Below are positions 57,118 through 64,000 of a stretch of DNA of 64,000 nt, piece by piece. Made by a program: the position numbers and the translations under genes. Under the pieces are notes generated by a model that worked only from the letters and a program-made list of their open reading frames with translations, was not told the origin of the DNA and searched no databases. The DNA is from Flavobacteriales bacterium (lineage in GTDB: Bacteria; Bacteroidota; Bacteroidia; Flavobacteriales; BACL11): NCBI GenBank assembly GCA_002705205.1, contig PAHP01000012.1:42615-106614 (forward strand), read 5' to 3'. Positions within the stretch are counted from its first letter, which is position 1, and each line of letters begins with the position of its first letter.

Positions 57118-58632
57118 ATGAAAAGAGAGCTTTCAGAACAAGAAATAGTTAGAAGAGAATCCTTAAAACAACTAAGAGAATTAGGAGTGGAGCCTTATCC
57201 GGCTGAATTGTTTCATGTAAATGCTAGATCTAAACAAATTATTGAAAGCTATAAAGATGGTGATGAGGTAGAGGTTGTTATTGCAGGAAGACTAATGAGC
57301 AGAAGAATCATGGGAAAGGCTTCTTTTGCAGAAATACAAGATACTGATGGAAGAATTCAGATTTATGTAAATAGAGATGAAATCTGTGAAGGAGAAGACA
57401 AAAAAATGTATAATACAGTATTTAAGAAATTATTAGATATTGGAGACATTATTGGCGTTAAAGGGATAGTATTTATTACAAAGGTTGGAGAAATTTCGAT
57501 AAAAGCTAAAGAGCTTACGGTCCTTACAAAATCATTAAAACCATTACCCCTGCCAAAGATTGATGCTGATGGAAAAATGCATGACTCTTTTTCAGATCCT
57601 GAAAAACGATATAGACAGAGATATGTAGATTTAGTAGTTAATCCTAATGTAAAAGAGGCATTTATTAAAAGGACTCAACTTACAAATTCTATGCGTTCGT
57701 ACTTAAACGAGAAAGGTTATTTAGAGGTTGAAACACCAATTTTACAACCTCTTTATGGAGGTGCTGCTGCTCGACCCTTTAAAACACATCACAATACGCT
57801 GGATATGGAGCTATATCTTAGGATTGCTAATGAACTTTATTTAAAGAGATTAGTAGTTGGTGGTTTTGATGGAGTTTATGAGTTTTCAAAAGATTTTAGA
57901 AATGAAGGTATGAGCAGATTTCATAACCCAGAATTTACACAAATGGAATTGTATGTGGCGTATAAAGATTATTTTTGGATGATGGATTTAGTAGAAGAAA
58001 TGGTAGAAAAAATTGCGATGGATTTATACGGCACTACTGAGGTTGAAGTTGGAAAAAATACAATTAACTTTCAAAGACCATGGAAGAGGTATACCATGTA
58101 TGAAGCTATTGATCATTTTACAGGATTTGATATTTCAAAAATGGATGAGGCAAAAATATTTAAAACAGCAAAAAAATTAGGCGTTGAAGTAGATAAAACG
58201 ATGGGAAGAGGGAAATTAATTGACGCAATATTTGGAGAGAAATGTGAAGGAGAATTGATTCAGCCAACATTTATTACTGATTATCCTGTAGAGATGTCTC
58301 CACTGGCTAAAAAACATAGAAAGCATGAAGGTCTAGTTGAGCGTTTTGAGGCAATCTGTAATGGAAAAGAGATTTGTAATGCCTTTTCAGAGCTGAATGA
58401 TCCAATTGATCAAAGAGCTAGACTTGAGAAGCAAATAGAATTAGGAAAAAGAGGAGATGACGAGGCAATGCTTTTAGATGAAGATTTTTTAAGAGCAATT
58501 GAGTATGGAATGCCTCCAACTGCTGGTCTAGGGATTGGCATAGACAGACTTAGCATGATAATGACGAACTCTAATTCTATCCAAGATGTTCTTTTCTTTC
58601 CTCAAATGAAGCCAGAAATAAAAGAAGAATAA
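57118..58632 (+). CDS. lysS: Lysine--tRNA ligase (class II)
   Basis: 504 aa from ATG 57118 with an OB-fold N-domain and class II motifs ([32 protein letters not shown]). Confidence 0.95.
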   Translation: MKRELSEQEIVRRESLKQLRELGVEPYPAELFHVNARSKQIIESYKDGDEVEVVIAGRLMSRRIMGKASFAEIQDTDGRIQIYVNRDEICEGEDKKMYNTVFKKLLDIGDIIGVKGIVFITKVGEISIKAKELTVLTKSLKPLPLPKIDADGKMHDSFSDPEKRYRQRYVDLVVNPNVKEAFIKRTQLTNSMRSYLNEKGYLEVETPILQPLYGGAAARPFKTHHNTLDMELYLRIANELYLKRLVVGGFDGVYEFSKDFRNEGMSRFHNPEFTQMELYVAYKDYFWMMDLVEEMVEKIAMDLYGTTEVEVGKNTINFQRPWKRYTMYEAIDHFTGFDISKMDEAKIFKTAKKLGVEVDKTMGRGKLIDAIFGEKCEGELIQPTFITDYPVEMSPLAKKHRKHEGLVERFEAICNGKEICNAFSELNDPIDQRARLEKQIELGKRGDDEAMLLDEDFLRAIEYGMPPTAGLGIGIDRLSMIMTNSNSIQDVLFFPQMKPEIKEE

Positions 58633-58656
58633 AATAATATAATAAAGAGATTTAAG

Positions 58657-59004
58657 ATGTATGACACTGATGAATTATTAGAGAGCACAGAAATTAATGG
58701 TAAAGAGCTAGAATATCTTTTGTCAGAAAGAAAGATTGGTAGGGCTGATTTTTTACTTGTAGATGTAAGAGAAGAGTATGAGTATAATCAAAAAAGAATT
58801 GTAGGCGTTGATTACTTAATTCCTCTTTCAGATTTTTTTAACAAAGTTCAGCAGATTGAGAGCTGTAAATCAAAGCATATAATTGCAAAATGTAAGCTTG
58901 GAGGAAGATCTGCTCAGGCGCAAATGCAATTAAAACGAATGGGTTTTAAAAGTGTAATTAATTTAGCCGGAGGGATCTCTCATTATACAGGAGAAAAAGA
59001 ATAA
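58657..59004 (+). CDS. Rhodanese-like domain protein
   Basis: 115 aa with the active-site loop CKLGGRS (CxxGxRS). Confidence 0.85.
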   Translation: MYDTDELLESTEINGKELEYLLSERKIGRADFLLVDVREEYEYNQKRIVGVDYLIPLSDFFNKVQQIESCKSKHIIAKCKLGGRSAQAQMQLKRMGFKSVINLAGGISHYTGEKE

Positions 59005-59007
59005 TCT

Positions 59008-60612
59008 ATGAAAAAAATAATTTTAGGTTTTGTATTAATAAGTGTAACACTTTTTTCTCAAGAGAGTAAAGAATCAAAAACGGCTATTAATAGGTTAAAA
59101 ACAGACATACTATTTTTATCAGATGATAAATTAGAGGGGAGAGAAACAGGTACAATTGGAGAGCAATTAGCACTTGAGTATTTGCAAAAAAGATTTAATG
59201 AAATTGGTTTAAAAACAAAGACGCATCCCTTTCAATTTAATGATAATGTAGAGGTTGATTTTTTCTCAAATAATGAGGCCTTATATCCAATTAGATATTC
59301 TGAAAATGGAAGCCTGGATAATATTGATCATGTTGATGTTAATTTTGGGGTTCATGCTCAAGAATTAGGCTATTCTGACTATACTTCTTTAGATGTTAGA
59401 GGAAAAATAGCTGTAATAAATACATCTTCACCGGACGGTATTCACCCTCATTCAAAATATTTAAATTATCATGATTTAAAACTTAGAGCAGAGATTGCAA
59501 AAGAAAAAGGGGCAATAGCCGTAATTTACTATACGGATGATAAATATGCCGAAACCCCTGTAAGAAAGTTTAAAAAAATTAATTCTGCAGGAATTCCTGT
59601 TTTGTTTTTTGATGATTCGAAAGAAAAATTAACAACTAAAATTAGGGCTAAAATTAACTTAAAAGAAAGAAGGGTTAAGGGAAAAAATTTAATCGCAGAG
59701 GTTAATAATGGTAAAGAAAACACCATAATTATTGGTGCTCATTACGATCATTTAGGATGGGGAGCGGAAGGATCTCTTTATAGAGGTGAGCCTGCCATCC
59801 ATAATGGAGCCGATGACAATGCAAGTGGTACCGCAGGAATTTTGGAGCTTGCTAGATTTTATAATAAGTCAAAATACAATAATTACAATTACCTGTTTAT
59901 TGCATTTAGCGGAGAAGAAAAAGGGCTCTTGGGTTCAAATGCTTTTGCAAATAGTGATTTATTGAATCCAAAAAAAATAAACTATATGATAAATATGGAC
60001 ATGATTGGAAGATTAAATGAAGATGGTAGGATAGCTATTTATGGAACAGGAACGTCTCCGAGGTGGGATTTATTATTAAAAGAAAATATGCTAGAAAATA
60101 TTACCATTACTACTACAAAAAGTGGTGTTGGCCCTTCTGACCATACTTCATTTTATTTGCAAGACATTCCAGTTCTTCATTTTTTTACAGGAGCACATGA
60201 AGATTATCACAAGCCATCTGACGATGCAGATAAAATAAATTATGAGGGGATAGAAACCGTTCTTACTTATATACAGAATTTAATAAATGACTTGGATGAT
60301 GAGGAAAAGCTTCTTTTCACAAAAACTAAAAATGATGAAAATCGAAAAGCACCAAAATTCTCTGTTACATTGGGAGTTATTCCAGATTATCTATATTCAG
60401 AAAAAGGCATGCGAATAGATGGTGTAACCGATGGAAAACCGGCGTATAAATCAGGCATGCAGAAAGGAGATATTGTAGTGCAGCTAGGAGATATGAAAGT
60501 TCTAGACATGATGACCTATATGAAAGCATTAGGCCGCTATGTAAAAGGAGATAAGGTAAAAGCAACGATTATCCGAGATGGAAAAGCTGTTGAATTAATG
60601 GTTCAGTTTTAA
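59008..60612 (+). CDS. M28 family peptidase with C-terminal PDZ domain
   Basis: 534 aa with a signal peptide, GAHYDHLG, GADDNASGTAG, SGEEKGLLGS and a C-terminal PDZ-like segment (GVTDGKPAYKSGMQKGDIVVQLGD). Confidence 0.85.
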   Translation: MKKIILGFVLISVTLFSQESKESKTAINRLKTDILFLSDDKLEGRETGTIGEQLALEYLQKRFNEIGLKTKTHPFQFNDNVEVDFFSNNEALYPIRYSENGSLDNIDHVDVNFGVHAQELGYSDYTSLDVRGKIAVINTSSPDGIHPHSKYLNYHDLKLRAEIAKEKGAIAVIYYTDDKYAETPVRKFKKINSAGIPVLFFDDSKEKLTTKIRAKINLKERRVKGKNLIAEVNNGKENTIIIGAHYDHLGWGAEGSLYRGEPAIHNGADDNASGTAGILELARFYNKSKYNNYNYLFIAFSGEEKGLLGSNAFANSDLLNPKKINYMINMDMIGRLNEDGRIAIYGTGTSPRWDLLLKENMLENITITTTKSGVGPSDHTSFYLQDIPVLHFFTGAHEDYHKPSDDADKINYEGIETVLTYIQNLINDLDDEEKLLFTKTKNDENRKAPKFSVTLGVIPDYLYSEKGMRIDGVTDGKPAYKSGMQKGDIVVQLGDMKVLDMMTYMKALGRYVKGDKVKATIIRDGKAVELMVQF

Positions 60613-62388
60613 AATTTTATTAGCCTTACTTTTACCAATTAACTTAGTAAGATCTTCTTTTTTAGCTTCTTTTACTTTTTTAACAGACCCAAAATGTGAT
60701 ATAAGTAATTCTACTGTTTTTGGACCAATTCCGTTAAGTTTATCTAATGAAGTACTGAGGCTATTTTTAGCTCTTTTTTTTCGATGATGGCTAATGCCAA
60801 AGCGGTGAGCTTCATTTCTTAGCTGTTGTATCAACTTCAAACTTTGGGAGCGTTTGTCCAAATAAAGAGGAATACTATCTCCAGGAAAATAAATTTCTTC
60901 TAATCGTTTTGCAATTCCAATAATAGATATTCTTTCTCTTAGATTTAATTTATCTAAACTTTTTACAGCGGAGCTTAGTTGACCTTTACCCCCATCAATT
61001 ACAATTAACTCGGGTAATTTTTTTTCTTCATCCAATAACCGCTTGTACCTTCTATAAACTACCTCCTCCATACTTGCATAATCATCAGGCCCTTGAACAG
61101 TTTTTATGTTAAAATGACGATAATCTTTTTTGCTAGATTTTGCATTTTTAAATACTATACAGGCTGCAACAGGGTTTGTGCCTTGTATGTTCGAATTATC
61201 AAAACACTCAATATGTTTGGGAAGATTAAGCATTCCTAAATCTTTTTGTAATTGCTGCAGAATACTCTTATTATCCGGTTTTTTAACAGAATTAATTTGG
61301 CGCTTTTTCTTATCTAATTGCATGTATTTTGCATTACGCAAACTAAGGTCAATCAATTTTTTTTTATCACCAATTTTTGGTATTGTAATATTCAGATCAT
61401 CTCCTATATTTTCTGGAAAATGCGAGCAATAAATATCTTGTGATGTACTATTGAATTTTAGTCTAGTTTCTACAATGGCTAATTGCAATAAGGCTTCTTC
61501 AGTTTCATCTAATTTCTTTTTTAATTCCATAGTGTGAGCTTGAATTATTGCTCCAGAATTAATTTTAAGATAATTTACAAAAGCAGACTCCTCGTCAGAG
61601 ATAATGCTAAAAACATCAATATTATTGATTTTAGGGTTTACAATAGTAGATTTTACTTGATATTTATTTAATAGAGCAATCTTATCTTTTATTGATTGAG
61701 CTTTTTCAAACTCCATGTTCTTTGAAAATCTAAGCATAGTAGTTTTTAAATGTTTAATAACAGATTTAATGTCACCCTTAATTATTTGGCGGATATGGTT
61801 AATTCCAATTTGATAATCTTCGTTTATTTGATCTCCAATACAAGGCCCAAGACAATTGCCTATATGATACTCTAAACACACTTTAAATTTATTAGAGTTG
61901 ATATTTTTTACTGAGAGATTGTGATTACAATTTCTTAATGGATATAATTCATGAAAAAAATCTAAAAGTGTTTTTACTAACTTTACTGAAGTGTATGGGC
62001 CAAAATACTCGGACCCATCTTCTACAATGTCTCTAGTTTGGAAAACTCTAGGAAATGCCTCTTTTTTGATGCAAATCCATGGGTACGTTTTGCTGTCTTT
62101 TAGCATAACATTATACTTTGGCTGATGCTTTTTAATAAGGTTATTTTCTAAAAGTAAAGCATCCATTTCAGTTTCAACAACTATATATTTTATATCATTT
62201 ATTTTACTTAAAAGAGCTTGTGTTTTTTTATTTTGTTGTTGTTTAGTAAAGTAAGAGGCAACCCGTTTTTTAATATTTTTTGCTTTTCCAACATACAGTA
62301 ACTTTTCGTTTTGATCATAATATTGGTAAATCCCTGTTTTATCAGGGAGTAATTTTATAATATTAGTGATATTAGTTGGAGCTGGCAT
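60595..62388 (-). CDS. uvrC: Excinuclease ABC subunit C
   Basis: 597 aa with the GIY-YIG N-terminus (GIYQYYD...LYVGKAKNIKKRV), a UvrBC-interaction region, and endonuclease and HhH C-terminal domains. Confidence 0.96.
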   Translation of the reverse strand: MPAPTNITNIIKLLPDKTGIYQYYDQNEKLLYVGKAKNIKKRVASYFTKQQQNKKTQALLSKINDIKYIVVETEMDALLLENNLIKKHQPKYNVMLKDSKTYPWICIKKEAFPRVFQTRDIVEDGSEYFGPYTSVKLVKTLLDFFHELYPLRNCNHNLSVKNINSNKFKVCLEYHIGNCLGPCIGDQINEDYQIGINHIRQIIKGDIKSVIKHLKTTMLRFSKNMEFEKAQSIKDKIALLNKYQVKSTIVNPKINNIDVFSIISDEESAFVNYLKINSGAIIQAHTMELKKKLDETEEALLQLAIVETRLKFNSTSQDIYCSHFPENIGDDLNITIPKIGDKKKLIDLSLRNAKYMQLDKKKRQINSVKKPDNKSILQQLQKDLGMLNLPKHIECFDNSNIQGTNPVAACIVFKNAKSSKKDYRHFNIKTVQGPDDYASMEEVVYRRYKRLLDEEKKLPELIVIDGGKGQLSSAVKSLDKLNLRERISIIGIAKRLEEIYFPGDSIPLYLDKRSQSLKLIQQLRNEAHRFGISHHRKKRAKNSLSTSLDKLNGIGPKTVELLISHFGSVKKVKEAKKEDLTKLIGKSKANKILKLNH

Positions 62389-62444
62389 TATCTATGAACA
62401 ATAAAATAAATAATACCTATAAAAAGTAAAAAGAGTTTTTTCAT
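62388..62444 (-). CDS. Candidate 18-aa hydrophobic upstream ORF coupled to uvrC (speculative)
   Basis: ATG 62444..62442 translates as MKKLFLLFIGIIYFIVHR, and its TAA shares one base with the uvrC ATG (TAATG). The only support is this geometry and a TATATTTA near-match -7 box 6 nt upstream. Confidence 0.2.
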   Translation of the reverse strand: MKKLFLLFIGIIYFIVHR

Positions 62445-62459
62445 AGCGTGTAAATATAC

Positions 62460-62467
62460 TATTTTTG
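62460..62467 (+). promoter_or_regulatory. -7 promoter box TATTTTTG upstream of asd
   Basis: Exact TAnnTTTG match 17 nt upstream of ATG 62485. Confidence 0.4.
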
Positions 62468-62484
62468 AGCATGAATAATAAATT

Positions 62485-63471
62485 ATGAAATTAGCATTAG
62501 TAGGGGCTACAGGAATGGTTGGAAGAGAGATATTAGAAATTCTTTTGGAGAGAAATATTAATATTACAGAACTTACTCTTGTCGCTTCAGAGAACTCATA
62601 TGGAAAAGAGATTTTATATAATGGGAAGAAGTATAAGGTCATTTCTTTAAGCGAGCTATTGAATAAAGAAATTGATTTAGCTCTTTTTTCTGCAGGAAGC
62701 AAAACTTCAAGAATTTGGGCGCCAAAATTAGCAGAAAAAGGATGCAAGGTAATAGACAACTCATCTTATTGGAGAATGAATCCAAAACATAAGCTGATTG
62801 TTCCCGAAATAAACGGGATTGAGCTATTACAAGAAGACTTAATAATTGCAAATCCTAATTGCTCGACTATTCAATTGGTGATGGCTCTCTATCCGCTTCA
62901 TAAAATATTTTCGGTAAAAAGAGTAGTCGTTTCTACATATCAGTCCGTATCGGGAACAGGAAGAAAAGCCGTTGAGCAGCTAGAAAATGAAGAAGCAGGC
63001 GTATATACTGAAAAGGCATATCCACATCAAATTTACAGAAATGCACTTCCTCATTGTGATGATTTTATTGAAAATGGGTATACTAAAGAAGAGATGAAGC
63101 TAACTAATGAGACAAAGAAGATTTTGGACACTAATATTGATGTTGTAGCAACAGCTGTAAGAATTCCTGTTCTTGCAGGGCATTCAGAAAGTGCAAATAT
63201 TACATTTGAAGATGAGTTTGAGTTAGATGAAGTTAGAAAGGCATTAAATAAAATGCCAGGAGTCAAGGTAATTGATGATGTTCGGAATAATAAATATCCT
63301 ATGCCAATCAACGGATCTAAAAAAGATGATGTTTTTGTTGGAAGAATTAGAAGAGATTTTACGCAAGAGAAAACATTAAATTTGTGGATTGTTGCAGATA
63401 ATTTGCGTAAAGGAGCAGCTACAAATACAGTTCAAATAGCAGAGTATCTAATAAACCATAATTTAGTATAA
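62485..63471 (+). CDS. asd: Aspartate-semialdehyde dehydrogenase
   Basis: 328 aa, starting MKLALVGATGMVG, with active-site NPNCSTIQ and SGTG. Confidence 0.96.
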   Translation: MKLALVGATGMVGREILEILLERNINITELTLVASENSYGKEILYNGKKYKVISLSELLNKEIDLALFSAGSKTSRIWAPKLAEKGCKVIDNSSYWRMNPKHKLIVPEINGIELLQEDLIIANPNCSTIQLVMALYPLHKIFSVKRVVVSTYQSVSGTGRKAVEQLENEEAGVYTEKAYPHQIYRNALPHCDDFIENGYTKEEMKLTNETKKILDTNIDVVATAVRIPVLAGHSESANITFEDEFELDEVRKALNKMPGVKVIDDVRNNKYPMPINGSKKDDVFVGRIRRDFTQEKTLNLWIVADNLRKGAATNTVQIAEYLINHNLV

Positions 63472-64000
63472 ATGATAATTAGTCATAAATATAAATATCT
63501 ATTTATAGGGCTACCATTCTCTGCTTCATCCGCAATATCAAAAGAATTATATTTGGAGCATGAGGGGGAGCCATATTTAAGCAAGCATTCTTTATATTAT
63601 GAATTTGAAAAGAAAGCAACTAATCAGGAAAAAAAATACTTTGTATTTGCTGTTTTGAGAAACCCTATGGATATAGCGGTTACTATATATGAAAAAATGA
63701 AAGCAAATGCAAAAGGAAACTTCACTAATCCAAAGCTTTTTATTGAAAATGGAGGGCATATAACAAAACAACAGAGAGAACGATTTAAGTATATTCATAA
63801 TCATAAGGCGTCATTTCAACAATACTTTAAGAAATTTTTCATAAGACCATATGATAATCTTTTTTCATTAACACTTTCTCATTGTGATTTTATAATAAAG
63901 TATGAAAATATTGACAAAGACTATTTAATGGCACTTCAAAAAGTTGGAGTAGAAGAACCAAGGCCACTACCAGTAGCAAATAAGACTATTGGGAAGAAAA
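63472..64000 (+). CDS. Sulfotransferase-family-like protein, N-terminal fragment (runs off the window end)
   Basis: Missing from the ORF track. ATG 63472 immediately follows the asd TAA. The hand translation MIISHKYKYLFIGLPFSASSAISKELY...FVFAVLRNPMDIAVTIYEKM... resembles the sulfotransferase 5'-PSB-like and RNPxDRxxS-like motifs. The frame is open to base 64000. Confidence 0.5.
   Translation, partial: MIISHKYKYLFIGLPFSASSAISKELYLEHEGEPYLSKHSLYYEFEKKATNQEKKYFVFAVLRNPMDIAVTIYEKMKANAKGNFTNPKLFIENGGHITKQQRERFKYIHNHKASFQQYFKKFFIRPYDNLFSLTLSHCDFIIKYENIDKDYLMALQKVGVEEPRPLPVANKTIGKK

Noticed and set aside
62445-62759. 123-aa minus-strand ORF 62388..62759 overlapping the asd 5' region
   Set aside because: Most of it is antisense to the strongly supported asd gene and reads as low-complexity sequence. 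I kept only its last 18 codons, which lie in the intergenic region, as a speculative upstream ORF.
1-64000. CRISPR arrays, insertion sequences, prophage or defence islands, toxin-antitoxin pairs, biosynthetic gene clusters
   Set aside because: Reading the ORF translations and intergenic regions revealed no regularly spaced repeats, transposase, integrase or recombinase, phage structural genes, nuclease/helicase/methylase defence signatures, or PKS/NRPS-type genes. The only long non-coding stretch is the AT-rich spacer reported above.

Overview
This 64-kb window looks like a gene-dense, low-GC chromosomal core region of a Bacteroidota (Flavobacteriia-type) genome. I count about 62 protein-coding genes and one tRNA-Asn(GTT). 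I found no rRNA, CRISPR array, transposase, integrase or phage genes. Several features of the sequence point to this lineage: three T9SS type-A C-terminal sorting domains, SprE/PorW-like and GldH-like lipoproteins, TAnnTTTG -7 promoter boxes ahead of many genes, and an atpBEFHAG operon without atpDC. Genes also commonly overlap by 1, 4 or 8 nt (TAATG, ATGA). Housekeeping content includes gatA, tatA (too short for the ORF track), dut, atpBEFHAG, dxr, rseP, rpiB, rnr, rnhA, purN and acpP-fabF-rnc. It also includes pyk, pheS, pgk, holB, a PSP1/RicT-like gene, PBP1A, scoAB, lipB, lysS, uvrC and asd. Cell-envelope genes are interspersed among these: three M23/LytM proteins, two M28 peptidases, TPR proteins, a LolB-like DUF4292 lipoprotein and a bactofilin. 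I do not see a convincing self-contained novel multi-gene system such as a defence island, biosynthetic cluster or mobile element. Five observations deserve a second look. (1) A small T9SS cargo gene is split by one in-frame TGA between its signal-peptide domain and an intact C-terminal sorting domain (42873..43496). (2) A 556-bp ORF-free divergent spacer has about 9% G+C and short exact repeats (29426..29981). (3) The T9SS cargo gene next to that spacer carries a thioredoxin-type WCGWCP motif. (4) A translationally coupled TPR / LolB-like lipoprotein / degenerate-LytM triad lies downstream of dut. (5) The conserved-looking N-terminus of RNase III has no canonical start codon. All family assignments come from reading the translations by eye; no searches were run.
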